From the IMG/VR virus record IMGVR_UViG_3300037067_022543: a stretch of DNA of 39,289 bases. One strand, written 5' to 3'. A program made the translations under genes and the position numbers. Positions within the stretch are counted from its first letter, which is position 1. Every line of letters starts with the position of its first letter. This stretch comes from a virus. Positions 8,787-17,946 of this stretch are shown here, piece by piece. Under the pieces are notes generated by a model that was not told the DNA's origin, made no database searches, and saw nothing but the letters and a program-made list of their open reading frames with translations.

Positions 8787-9161
8787 TCATTCAAATATTT
8801 CTATGCCCTTAATCTCGCTAATTTTACCATTATACAAAAGCTGTTCTTGCACTTCTCCTTCTGAAGAAATATTTCCGACTAGAATAATCTTGCCTTGATT
8901 AATTGCTTTTTTCATCCTGCTATAATTTTTTTTCAAATATTCATCTTCTTTTAAGATTTTATCTATTTCTTCATTTTGTTTTAAACCATAATTACACTTA
9001 AAATAAAAATTTAGTTCATCTATTGTTTTTATATATTCTCTGGCATAACTGTCTAAATCTATTTCTAAAGAAAGTGTTACTTTTGTTTCTTTCTTGTTAT
9101 TAATTATTGCAAAAAAACTAGAACTGCTAGAGTTACTCACAAATCCGTTTCTAATTTTCAT
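8787..9161 (-). CDS. member 4 of MKIREGFVSNSSSSSF-family (124 aa)
   Basis: N-term MKIRNGFVSNSSSSSFFAIIN; AAAGGAA RBS. Confidence 0.8.
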   Translation of the reverse strand: MKIRNGFVSNSSSSSFFAIINNKKETKVTLSLEIDLDSYAREYIKTIDELNFYFKCNYGLKQNEEIDKILKEDEYLKKNYSRMKKAINQGKIILVGNISSEGEVQEQLLYNGKISEIKGIEIFE

Positions 9162-9513
9162 TTTTTAACTTTCCTTTTTTGTCATTGTATTTTAATTTTT
9201 TTACGGTTTCATTAGTTTCCAATCTAATGTCATACTTTTTCTTAAAATTATTAACTCTTTTTTCATCTAAACAGCAACACTTTTTGAACTTCTTATTGCT
9301 TCCACAAGGGCAATAGTCGTTACCCCTAATTCTTGGTTTAAAGTTGGCAGATGTATCTTCTTTAAATCCATTTTCATTCATGTTTTCTGTTGCCTTCTGC
9401 TCAATTTCATCCCCTGTTCCTTGCGATTGTTCGCTGACATTTTGGAGATTAAGTTCTTTTTCAGACTTTGAATCTTCTTTATTGCTACTGAATAATGTTT
9501 TCCATGTTTTCAT
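9151..9513 (-). CDS. SEC-C motif-containing protein
   Basis: CPCGSNKKFKKCC near C-terminus (SecA-C-like metal-binding motif). Confidence 0.55.
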   Translation of the reverse strand: MKTWKTLFSSNKEDSKSEKELNLQNVSEQSQGTGDEIEQKATENMNENGFKEDTSANFKPRIRGNDYCPCGSNKKFKKCCCLDEKRVNNFKKKYDIRLETNETVKKLKYNDKKGKLKNEN

Positions 9514-9884
9514 TTTTTTACCTCTTTTTTATAATCACTTTCCCATTTTTTACTGAATATTTCTTCCTGAATATCTGATATTTTTATGCCCCAAAACTTT
9601 TCCATATAATCTCCTATTTTTTCTGCCAAAATTCTTGCTGTTAAATGTTCGCCTAAAAAATGAGGTTTGCCTTCTTTATAATAAAAAATTGTTATTGTAA
9701 TAGTTCTTCCATAAGATTCACTTTGAAGTATTCTTTGTATATATACTGGTTCAACATGCAAAAAATCATTAAATTGCTTTTCAACTTGGCTTGCAGTACC
9801 AGTAAAACATTTACATGTTAATTGGCAAGCACTATTTTCTTCACAACTTGCGTAATTTGTTAAATTTAGATTAGATTCTTCCAT
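9510..9884 (-). CDS. hypothetical protein
   Basis: 124-aa ORF, ATG, stop/start overlap. Confidence 0.55.
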   Translation of the reverse strand: MEESNLNLTNYASCEENSACQLTCKCFTGTASQVEKQFNDFLHVEPVYIQRILQSESYGRTITITIFYYKEGKPHFLGEHLTARILAEKIGDYMEKFWGIKISDIQEEIFSKKWESDYKKEVKK

Positions 9885-9896
9885 AATTTTACTTTC

Positions 9897-10265
9897 TTAC
9901 AATTTCTGTCCTCTACACTCTATTGCTTCCCATTTAAAACTTTTTGATTCTCCGCCATCTCTCAAAATGTAATCGTAAACATTACCTATTAAAGTGCCGT
10001 CTTCATCACCGAAAGACATATAATTATCACCAACCGATATGTTATACTTATTATATGTATTTTTTAAATTTTTAGCAGACTTTATTAAATTAGCATGTGT
10101 ATAACTAGCATCTTGTTTATACCAGTCATATCTATCTAAAAACTTTTCTATCAAATCCTTGTTTTCCTTAACAAAATCAACAATTGTCAATTTTTTATTG
10201 GTTTTGTTTGTAATAATAAAACTAGTTGAGCTAGAATTAGAAACAAAGTTTTCTCTAATTTTCAT
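9897..10265 (-). CDS. member 5 of MKIREGFVSNSSSSSF-family (122 aa)
   Basis: N-term MKIRENFVSNSSSTSFIITNK. Confidence 0.75.
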   Translation of the reverse strand: MKIRENFVSNSSSTSFIITNKTNKKLTIVDFVKENKDLIEKFLDRYDWYKQDASYTHANLIKSAKNLKNTYNKYNISVGDNYMSFGDEDGTLIGNVYDYILRDGGESKSFKWEAIECRGQKL

Positions 10266-10286
10266 ATTAATTGCTTTCTACTTTAT

Positions 10287-10499
10287 TTAATCTAAACCCC
10301 AATCAGGATGCAAATCTTTTAATGCTTTGTCATAAGCATCGTCAGAACCTATGAACTCATCTTGTGTATCCCAATCATTACCTTCCAATGCATTTATCAC
10401 TCCTTTGTAAAGACGATATCTGACTTGATCATCTTTAATCTCATCTTGAAACAAATCAATAATTTCTTGCATTACTTGACCACCAGATGCCCATCCCAT
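10287..10499 (-). CDS. small acidic protein immediately downstream of radical-SAM gene
   Basis: 70 aa, Asp/Glu-rich; position analogous to a partner of the rSAM enzyme. Confidence 0.5.
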   Translation of the reverse strand: MGWASGGQVMQEIIDLFQDEIKDDQVRYRLYKGVINALEGNDWDTQDEFIGSDDAYDKALKDLHPDWGLD

Positions 10500-10519
10500 A
10501 TGTTTTCTCCTTATAATTT

Positions 10520-11629
10520 TTATACATCAAACGCAGGACATTTTCTACATCCAGAACATTTGTCTTTACTATTCAAGAGATTATTTCTCCATTGAACAAC
10601 TTTATCAGAAAACCACAAGTCTTTGAAAAAATCAAAACCATCTTTGGTCAAATCAATCCCATCTTGCCAATCTCCATAAAGACCGCAACTTCCTTCTGTA
10701 AAAGAGCATGGGTAGAATTTTCCTTCAACATTAATATATGAACTAAACAATCCACTTTCACAAGGCTCACTTCTAGTTAAAAATTCATTATAATATTTAT
10801 GCCCTTTAACAGAATTCAAAAACTTTGGAGCAGAACAGCTATCCATACCAAAACTAATATTATGTTCCAAGCAAAAATTAACTAAATATTTAAATTTATA
10901 TTCACTTAATGGAGTATATTTTTCTCCACGACCTTTTTTCTTTAAAGACAAAAGCACTATAGCATTCAACCCTTTTAAACGACTATCTGTAAGAATATCA
11001 TTAAGCGTTTCCTTACAGTCTTCAAAAGTTTGTTCTGATATCATGAAATGCATGTTTATTTGCTTCATGCCTAGATCGGTTAATCTTTTGATAGAATCAT
11101 AACAAACATTCTTATCTGCGTAACGAGACACTGCAACAGCACCAGCTATTTCTGAAAGCTTTTTAGCAGTATCATCAGAAATATTAGCAACAGTAATATT
11201 TGGAACAATTCCCTTACTTCTTGCATATTTCATCATATCAAATATTTCTGGATTAGATTGGCATTCGCTATCAGCCCCCAAAGCTATTTGTGTCAAAAAC
11301 AAAGGATATCTGTCTATAACTTTCTTAAACGTTTCCAAGCTCATATTTTTACCATTAGGAGTATTTGATTTGTAACAAAAAGAGCACGGTCTTTTAACTC
11401 CATTTTTATCAGGAATGCCATTACAAATAGTAGTAACTTCAATATCAAGTATTTCTGGAGCTGGGGCAAAATCAGGATCATCTTTTTCTGTTTTTCCACA
11501 TCTCTCAAAACGGCCACTTATCTTATTGAAGTTATAATTATAGTTTTCTGATCTAACCTTTTTCATAAAAGGATAATCATAAACAGTAAATTTAGATCCA
11601 TCAATAAAATTATATGTCTGTGTTTTCAT
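10520..11629 (-). CDS. radical SAM enzyme with C-terminal SPASM/twitch-like Cys cluster
   Basis: TTICNG-x9-RPCSFCY (Cx12Cx2C variant of CxxxCxxC), LGADSE (GGE-like), C-terminal C..C..CSGCRKCP. ORF-track start 11650 is TTG; first ATG at 11629. Confidence 0.6.
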   Translation of the reverse strand: MKTQTYNFIDGSKFTVYDYPFMKKVRSENYNYNFNKISGRFERCGKTEKDDPDFAPAPEILDIEVTTICNGIPDKNGVKRPCSFCYKSNTPNGKNMSLETFKKVIDRYPLFLTQIALGADSECQSNPEIFDMMKYARSKGIVPNITVANISDDTAKKLSEIAGAVAVSRYADKNVCYDSIKRLTDLGMKQINMHFMISEQTFEDCKETLNDILTDSRLKGLNAIVLLSLKKKGRGEKYTPLSEYKFKYLVNFCLEHNISFGMDSCSAPKFLNSVKGHKYYNEFLTRSEPCESGLFSSYINVEGKFYPCSFTEGSCGLYGDWQDGIDLTKDGFDFFKDLWFSDKVVQWRNNLLNSKDKCSGCRKCPAFDV

Positions 11630-11653
11630 AATTGTATATAAAATAATCAATAC

Positions 11654-12412
11654 TTAGTGATGACTAACGGTTATATGCGGTAGACTTTTAAATATGTCTC
11701 CATGTTCCATTGTACAGTAAAATTCTCCGTCATTATCGCTATACTCAAAAATACATATATGCCTACCTTTATTATCATCCATAAACTTTTTAGCGTCAAT
11801 ATTTGAAAGTTTCTTTCTTAAAGAATATTGTTTTTTCCAAATTTTGTTTTGTTCGTTAAAATATTTTGTTTTGAAATCTTTATATTCTTTATTTGTGTTA
11901 CGCCATTTGTTATACTTTTCATACCATTCATCTTGTTCTTTTTTAGAAAGTTCAGAATGGTTTTTGGGGCGTCCCATTCCATATTTATTAATAATTTCTT
12001 CTTCTTTTTTCCAATGACTTTCTGATAATTCATCATATTTAACAAAAAGTTTTGCTAATTCTTCAAGAATTTCCTCATCATTACCATAATATTTATCTTT
12101 ACCAACCCATCCATATTCCAAACATCTACTAAACATATTGTTGCTATGCCTTGTGTAATAATACCTATTTGAAAGTAATTCTGCTATTTTTTCAAGAGTT
12201 GCTTCTTTGTTTTTAATATTTCTACTAATATCATCAAAAACATTTTTAACAACATCTGATGTGGCAGCTCTATTGTCATAATAATTAATATTTTTATCAA
12301 GTTCCATGTGCATCATTTTACTTAAATCTTCTATTGATTCTGGATTTTTAGGGAAGGCAACAATAAAAGAAGAACTACTAGAATTACTTACAAATCCATT
12401 TCTAATTTTCAT
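11654..12412 (-). CDS. member 6 of MKIREGFVSNSSSSSF-family (252 aa, extra C-terminal domain)
   Basis: N-term MKIRNGFVSNSSSSSFIVAFP; AAAGGAG RBS. Confidence 0.8.
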   Translation of the reverse strand: MKIRNGFVSNSSSSSFIVAFPKNPESIEDLSKMMHMELDKNINYYDNRAATSDVVKNVFDDISRNIKNKEATLEKIAELLSNRYYYTRHSNNMFSRCLEYGWVGKDKYYGNDEEILEELAKLFVKYDELSESHWKKEEEIINKYGMGRPKNHSELSKKEQDEWYEKYNKWRNTNKEYKDFKTKYFNEQNKIWKKQYSLRKKLSNIDAKKFMDDNKGRHICIFEYSDNDGEFYCTMEHGDIFKSLPHITVSHH

Positions 12413-13260
12413 TTTTTCAACTCCTTTAAAAACTTGCGAAAACTACTTTTTGTTGGTTTATTTGTTTTTCCTTCTCCGGTAGGCATATGAGTTGGAAGAT
12501 CAGGAATACCTATTATCGCATCTGGATATAACTTTTTCATTTGTTCACGAAACGACTTTCTATCTAAAGATTCATTGGATTCTGGAGTTGAATCTGCATC
12601 TATTTTATTAATTTCTTCTTCCAAAACATGACATTTATAGGACTTATTAAAAAAAACTCCATTGGCATGAACAAACTTAATTCTTTGTTTTAATTCCTTT
12701 AATTTATCTTCTCCTTTTGCTTCTGATAACCTTACGATTCTAGCTATTTTATAATCATTATCTTTTCTTTCAAATTGGACAATGTAATTAGTATCAAATG
12801 AAAAAAACATAATAATTTCTTTCAATAAATCTCCCATACCTTCATTGAAATCATTGTGCATACTAGTGAAATAAGAAAACTCAATTCCATCTTTAGAAAA
12901 CTTTGTTTTGATTCCACTGTGCTTTAAAACAAACTTAACTAATTTCCCATTTGTTGAACATTTATCAAGATCATCAAGTTCTTTTTTACAACGTAAAACA
13001 TAATCATTATTAATCTTTTGCATAAACTTAAAAGTGCTATTTTTACATTCTTTAAAATAAGTCTTACTATATTTTTTATTATCTTCTATAGCTTTTTTAA
13101 TTCTATCTTTTATTTTACGATTAATAATTCTCTTGTTAAAATAATCGAACCAATAATTAGAAACCATTAGGTTCACAAAATCATTGAACTTTAAATCATT
13201 AACTCTAAAAAAATAACTACTGGAACTAGAATTGCTTACGAAACCTTCTCTAATTTTCAT
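12409..13260 (-). CDS. member 7 of MKIREGFVSNSSSSSF-family (about 283 aa)
   Basis: ORF track starts 12 codons upstream (13296); family consensus places start at internal ATG 13258-13260 (MKIREGFVSNSSSSSYFFRVN). Confidence 0.75.
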   Translation of the reverse strand: MKIREGFVSNSSSSSYFFRVNDLKFNDFVNLMVSNYWFDYFNKRIINRKIKDRIKKAIEDNKKYSKTYFKECKNSTFKFMQKINNDYVLRCKKELDDLDKCSTNGKLVKFVLKHSGIKTKFSKDGIEFSYFTSMHNDFNEGMGDLLKEIIMFFSFDTNYIVQFERKDNDYKIARIVRLSEAKGEDKLKELKQRIKFVHANGVFFNKSYKCHVLEEEINKIDADSTPESNESLDRKSFREQMKKLYPDAIIGIPDLPTHMPTGEGKTNKPTKSSFRKFLKELKK

Positions 13261-13270
13261 ATATTCGCTT

Positions 13271-13525
13271 TCAATTAAAAATGTATTTAATAACATCTGA
13301 TTTAGACAAATGAGATCTTAAACGACCTTCTCTGTTCTTGATAAGTTTATAACGGCCATTTCTTTTTTTAAAAACAAGATCTGCTCTAGCAAAGTGATTT
13401 TCACTTGAATCAGCTTTATACCAACGGCTGGCGCCATCTTTTCCAAAATTAAGAGAATATTCGTTAACATTATTAAGATCATCACAAATTATAACAACAG
13501 TTTTAGTTTTCATTTTATTTTTCAT
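13271..13525 (-). CDS. hypothetical protein
   Basis: 84-aa ORF. Confidence 0.5.
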   Translation of the reverse strand: MKNKMKTKTVVIICDDLNNVNEYSLNFGKDGASRWYKADSSENHFARADLVFKKRNGRYKLIKNREGRLRSHLSKSDVIKYIFN

Positions 13526-13569
13526 TTTTCTTCCCTTTTAAATGCAAAATATCATAAATAAAAGTATTG

Positions 13570-14154
13570 TCAACATTTATTTTTTTTATTTTTTATGCAA
13601 TCTAATCTTCTTTTTAATTCCTTTAATCTTGCATCTCTATTTTTTATTGAACCATTCCATGAAATTTCTTCAATAATGACATACAGAAATTCAACAAACA
13701 TTATCAATGGGTTAATCTTTGTCTTAATAACCTTTTTATTATCTAAATCATAATTAATCATTATATCTGAAATTTTTATTTTAAAATTTGCTATTTTATA
13801 TAATGGTGTAAAATCCATGGCATATTTTTCTACACCAGTTCCATTTTCTTTTCCTATCCCACAGAAACTCCATGTAATTTCTCTTTTATCATCCAAAGAA
13901 CCAATTTCGCTACACAACTCTAAGTGATCAAACTCAACATTATTTTTTATATCTTCATTTTCTTTATTAACTTCTTCTATATATTCTTCTAAATATTTGC
14001 ATTTAAAAATTTTCTTTAGGGTTTCAATTGATATTTTAGATCTTTTTATACAATTTAAAACATCTTTTAAAGTAAAAGATTGATGTATATCAACATACTG
14101 CATTAAATCGTCAAAATTAAACTTGAGATTTTTATTTATTATTATATTTTTCAT
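13570..14154 (-). CDS. hypothetical protein
   Basis: 194-aa ORF, ATG. Confidence 0.55.
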   Translation of the reverse strand: MKNIIINKNLKFNFDDLMQYVDIHQSFTLKDVLNCIKRSKISIETLKKIFKCKYLEEYIEEVNKENEDIKNNVEFDHLELCSEIGSLDDKREITWSFCGIGKENGTGVEKYAMDFTPLYKIANFKIKISDIMINYDLDNKKVIKTKINPLIMFVEFLYVIIEEISWNGSIKNRDARLKELKRRLDCIKNKKNKC

Positions 14155-14191
14155 AATTTTATTTTTCTAATAATTGGACTAATATACTATT

Positions 14192-14695
14192 TTATTTTTT
14201 CTCCCAGGGAAAATCAATCCATTTCTTGTGGACTATTTCTTCGCCATAAAAATCTGGAACAAAAATAGAACCTTTTCTTAAATATAAAGATGCTGTTTTT
14301 ACATTATTAAAATCATTAAAAACAGGATATTCATCATATATGCGTTCAACAACAGCACTAAATGTATTTCCACTATCTGAAATGTCATCTATTATTAATA
14401 TTTTTTCTTTTCCATAATAAACAGGTATATCTATCTTGCCAACTTTAACTGCTCCTATAGCCCCTAAATAACCTGCTTCTGTTTGCCAATCGTCAACCTT
14501 ATCATACAATTTGGCATTTACAGAAAATAAAACAGATTTTTCAAAATAATTACAAAGAAGTCTTGCTGGCACAATACCACCCCTTAAAATAGCCAAAACA
14601 ATATCAGGAGTAAAATCACAACCAATCATCTTTTGGGCAATATTGCCAACAAGATTTTCAGTATAGTCCCAAGAAATCTTAATATTATCGCTCAT
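14192..14695 (-). CDS. phosphoribosyltransferase (HGPRT-like)
   Basis: PRPP-binding motif KILIIDDISDSGNTF. Confidence 0.7.
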   Translation of the reverse strand: MSDNIKISWDYTENLVGNIAQKMIGCDFTPDIVLAILRGGIVPARLLCNYFEKSVLFSVNAKLYDKVDDWQTEAGYLGAIGAVKVGKIDIPVYYGKEKILIIDDISDSGNTFSAVVERIYDEYPVFNDFNNVKTASLYLRKGSIFVPDFYGEEIVHKKWIDFPWEKK

Positions 14696-14700
14696 TAGAT

Positions 14701-15249
14701 TTATTTGTTTCCTATACTAAAAGTTTTTTTACATTTTGGGCACTTCATTTTTTTCAGGGCAACATCACAATATGGGCAATAACTATAAAGACACGTACTT
14801 TGTGTATCAGGAGTAATCTTACATTTTTCACAATATCCGTTAACTAATCTTTCATAACAAGGCGGGTCATCATGATGCAGTACTAATTTTGGTTTTTGAA
14901 TATTTTTAATATTTTTTGATACAATTGCATCCATAATATCTCCAAAATCTCCACATTTATCTTCTTCTAAAACAGTCCATTCGCACATACAAGCAGGATT
15001 AGAAGAGCCAACATTCTTTTGGTGCCAATCAACTTCTTCTTCTAATGATTTAAAGAAAGATTTTGGAGGATACTTTTTTCCAGAATGTTCCCACTTCTTA
15101 TTTGTTTCTATTTCTTTCTTGCAACTTCTACAAATATGCTTCTTTGCTATCCAATCCCAAGCTTCATTTTCAGTTAAAAATCCCCCCTTAGACGGGTCTT
15201 TGTCATTACGAGCAGGCATATAATAAGCAGTAAAAGTTTTATCTTTCAT
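14701..15249 (-). CDS. multi-CxxC zinc-finger protein
   Basis: CRSCKK, CEKCK, CPYCD, CPKCKK pairs. Confidence 0.6.
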   Translation of the reverse strand: MKDKTFTAYYMPARNDKDPSKGGFLTENEAWDWIAKKHICRSCKKEIETNKKWEHSGKKYPPKSFFKSLEEEVDWHQKNVGSSNPACMCEWTVLEEDKCGDFGDIMDAIVSKNIKNIQKPKLVLHHDDPPCYERLVNGYCEKCKITPDTQSTCLYSYCPYCDVALKKMKCPKCKKTFSIGNK

Positions 15250-15535
15250 TATATGATTTCTTCAATACAGCATTATATATAGACAAAGTATCACCATCAA
15301 ATCCATCAGAAAAGCATTTTTCATTATCATCATCTACATTATCCCAACAGGTGTCTCCAAGATAAAAACCATCATTGTTTGTAGTTGGTTCTGGAATAAC
15401 AGCTTCATTCATTTCCTTAAACTTATCATATGGATTAGCCAATCTATACTCAACCCAAACATGTTTTTTATTTTTAGCTGCTTCTTTTAAATCTTTTTGG
15501 GTTAATATTTTATTTCCCTTTTTATATTTATTCAT
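15239..15535 (-). CDS. hypothetical protein
   Basis: 98-aa ORF. Confidence 0.5.
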   Translation of the reverse strand: MNKYKKGNKILTQKDLKEAAKNKKHVWVEYRLANPYDKFKEMNEAVIPEPTTNNDGFYLGDTCWDNVDDDNEKCFSDGFDGDTLSIYNAVLKKSYNER

Positions 15536-15600
15536 ATTAATATCTCCTACAATTAGAATATATTAACTTTATCAAAACAAGATAGATTGTAATTATTATT

Positions 15601-16440
15601 TTAATCTTCTCGCAACAATGTTTCTCTCAATTTATCCAATTTATCTCTATCTATAGGACTATTAGATATTTGTTCAACTGTTTTTAATCTCTGTTCTTCT
15701 TTCTTTATGTTTTCTTTATTTTCTTTTGAAACGCAACCATATTTTTCAGAACCAACAAGTGGAGCTAATGCACCATATTGTCTAACAACATTTTCGGGGT
15801 TCTGAGATAGATAAAGAAAAGCTAAATTAACAGAACATCCAAAGGTGTTTCCTGAATGGCCATCATTAATATCAACCAACTTTTTTTGTTCTTCCCAATT
15901 GAGATCTTTCCAATTTTTAACTGCATCAACAGTTTTTAGTGCATTGGCAATTTTAATAGCTTCCTTACAACAAAACATTTCATAAGACTCATATTCCCAC
16001 CTAAAATTTTGATTATTTTTTCTGAACTTATCTATCCTTTGCTTAAATAAATCTGGAAGGCTATTATAATCTTCATCTAGTTTCTTTTTATTCTTTTTAA
16101 ATTCTAATTTGCGTTCTTTATCTTGATCTTTGCACCATTTTTCATGGTCTTCTTCTGCCTGTTGAGGAGTTCTGTAATACATAGTATGTCCATCAATATC
16201 TATTCCCCTAACAGGATATCCAAATCCCTTGCCATAAAATCTAGCAGTCATTCCTGCTTTGGGAATAAAATTATTGTTTTTAATACAACATATATGTCCA
16301 CCGTCATTGGAAATTAATTCCCATGAATCTTTATCACATTCGCGGACTTCTTTTAACATATACTCATAGAAATTACTATCTGTTTTTTTTATTTCTAAAG
16401 ATTTTTTGGTTATTTTATGAATCTTTTTATCTCTTTTCAT
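15601..16440 (-). CDS. hypothetical protein
   Basis: 279-aa ORF. Confidence 0.6.
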   Translation of the reverse strand: MKRDKKIHKITKKSLEIKKTDSNFYEYMLKEVRECDKDSWELISNDGGHICCIKNNNFIPKAGMTARFYGKGFGYPVRGIDIDGHTMYYRTPQQAEEDHEKWCKDQDKERKLEFKKNKKKLDEDYNSLPDLFKQRIDKFRKNNQNFRWEYESYEMFCCKEAIKIANALKTVDAVKNWKDLNWEEQKKLVDINDGHSGNTFGCSVNLAFLYLSQNPENVVRQYGALAPLVGSEKYGCVSKENKENIKKEEQRLKTVEQISNSPIDRDKLDKLRETLLRED

Positions 16441-16476
16441 TTTTGCCTCTTTGTTATTTTTTTTTAATTTCTTTGT

Positions 16477-16698
16477 TCACTTACTAATATAAAAACAAGG
16501 CATATAACCATCTTTTATCGCTTTTGTCAACTCTTTTTTATTTTCTTTGTCTAATTTTATTTCACATTTAAAGGTTGTTCCAGAGTGAAAATCATTAGTA
16601 CTTAATTCAATTCCCTCTTGCGTATCATAAATAGATTCTACCCTATTGTTTAATGAATTACGTTTTTTCCAATCAAGAAAAACTAATTTTGCCTTCAT
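16477..16698 (-). CDS. hypothetical protein
   Basis: 73-aa ORF. Confidence 0.45.
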   Translation of the reverse strand: MKAKLVFLDWKKRNSLNNRVESIYDTQEGIELSTNDFHSGTTFKCEIKLDKENKKELTKAIKDGYMPCFYISK

Positions 16699-16940
16699 AG
16701 TTTACCATTAATATATTCTTCGCTTCTTACATCAATTTTGGTTATTTTATTGGCATTTTCAATCACTTCTTTAATACATTTTCCTATAATAGTCTTATGA
16801 TTATAAACATTTCCTGGATCTTTAAAGTCTGCTGGTTCAGGAAAGAATTTGATAGCAAAACTGCCGCCGCAAGACCCAATAACAATATGGGCAGCTCCAT
16901 TCATTGATAGTCTTTGAAGCTTTTTACAAATATTGCACAT
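16695..16940 (-). CDS. hypothetical protein (GSCGGS loop)
   Basis: 81-aa ORF. Confidence 0.5.
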   Translation of the reverse strand: MCNICKKLQRLSMNGAAHIVIGSCGGSFAIKFFPEPADFKDPGNVYNHKTIIGKCIKEVIENANKITKIDVRSEEYINGKL

Positions 16941-16969
16941 TGTTCATCTGCATCATAGTTTTTATGTCG

Positions 16970-17524
16970 TTAAAACATATTATTAATATTACCAGATTCA
17001 TAACCATTAAATATCTGAAATAGAATACTGGGAATATGTTGAGACATTTGAAAAATAGAATCTCCATCTTGCACTGTCTTGCAATTCGTAATAAGAATTC
17101 TATTGCCTTTTAAATCATAACCAAAGATCGCAAATGATTTGAGATATTCAGAAACCCTGCATTTTAACAAGTCTATTTCTTGTTCATTTAAGGGTTTTTG
17201 TTTAATTAAATCATTAATATAACTTTCTTGATCAGAAGTATTACTTTGATTGTTTATCGGATATTTATTTGTCAAATCAAACTTTTCAATAGGAGACTTT
17301 TTAGAATCACTTTCAACCATATCTTTAATTGATTTTCTTAAGTTTTCTAAAGTTTGTTGTTTAAACTTTCTTTTTGCTTCTGGACTCATTTTGTCAAATT
17401 CTTTGCAAACATCACTAATTATATCTTCTGCCATATTATTAACCGTGGAATTAGATGTTTTTATGGAGTCTGTTTTTGATTTGTTCTTTTTCATGCGTTT
17501 TTTATTTTTTAGTTCTTTATTCAT
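16970..17524 (-). CDS. hypothetical protein
   Basis: 184-aa ORF. Confidence 0.55.
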   Translation of the reverse strand: MNKELKNKKRMKKNKSKTDSIKTSNSTVNNMAEDIISDVCKEFDKMSPEAKRKFKQQTLENLRKSIKDMVESDSKKSPIEKFDLTNKYPINNQSNTSDQESYINDLIKQKPLNEQEIDLLKCRVSEYLKSFAIFGYDLKGNRILITNCKTVQDGDSIFQMSQHIPSILFQIFNGYESGNINNMF

Positions 17525-17602
17525 ATTTATTTATACAACAAAAAGATAATAAATCCATTTGTTTTTTATAAAAACTATTATTTAATAGTGTATTAAAAAA
17601 AA

Positions 17603-17695
17603 TGGAAGAGAGGAAGGGATTCGAACCCTTGGGGCCCCATTACGAGGCCCAATTGTTTAGCAAACAATCCCCATAAACCGCTCGGGCACCTCTCC
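17603..17695 (-). tRNA. tRNA-Ser(GCU), class II
   Basis: acceptor GGAGAGG/CCTCTCT, anticodon stem ATTGT/ACAAT loop TTGCTAA, long variable arm, T-loop TTCGAAT, encoded CCA. Confidence 0.85.
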
Positions 17696-17743
17696 ATTAT
17701 TATGCTTTGTCAAAATCGTACTAACTTTTTTATTTTATTAAAC

Positions 17744-17837
17744 TGGCAGAAGGATAGAGATTTGAACTCTAGTGACTCGTTGAAAAGTCCTCGTGATTTC
17801 CGATCACGTGCCATAAACCAGACTCGGCCATCCTTCT
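17744..17837 (-). tRNA. tRNA-Ser(GGA), class II
   Basis: acceptor AGAAGGA/TCCTTCT, D-stem GCC/GGC, anticodon stem CGTGA/TCACG loop TCGGAAA (unusual C33), long variable arm, CCA. Confidence 0.75.
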
Positions 17838-17844
17838 ATAAACC

Positions 17845-17936
17845 TGGCAGGAAGAGAGAGATTTGAACTCCCGGGACCCCTTTCGGAGTCCTATGCTTTT
17901 CAAGAGCATCGCCATAAGCCACTCGGCCATCTTCCC
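17845..17936 (-). tRNA. tRNA-Ser(UGA), class II
   Basis: acceptor GGGAAGA/TCTTCCT, anticodon stem ATGCT/AGCAT loop CTTGAAA, long variable arm, CCA. Confidence 0.8.
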
Positions 17937-17946
17937 TCAAAATTAC

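Noticed and set aside
11818-12045. Nested ORFs 11818..12045 (-) and 11828..12025 (+) inside family member 6
   Set aside because: Low-complexity poly-K/poly-F translations of an A/T-rich stretch in alternative frames of a well-supported gene.
3369-13260. Interpreting the conserved N-terminus as a T4-like capsid-targeting sequence cleaved after I-x-E
   Set aside because: MKIRE fits an I-x-E protease site, but Glu is replaced by Asn in three of the seven copies, and the conserved block extends 11 residues past that position. The idea is kept only as one of several hypotheses.
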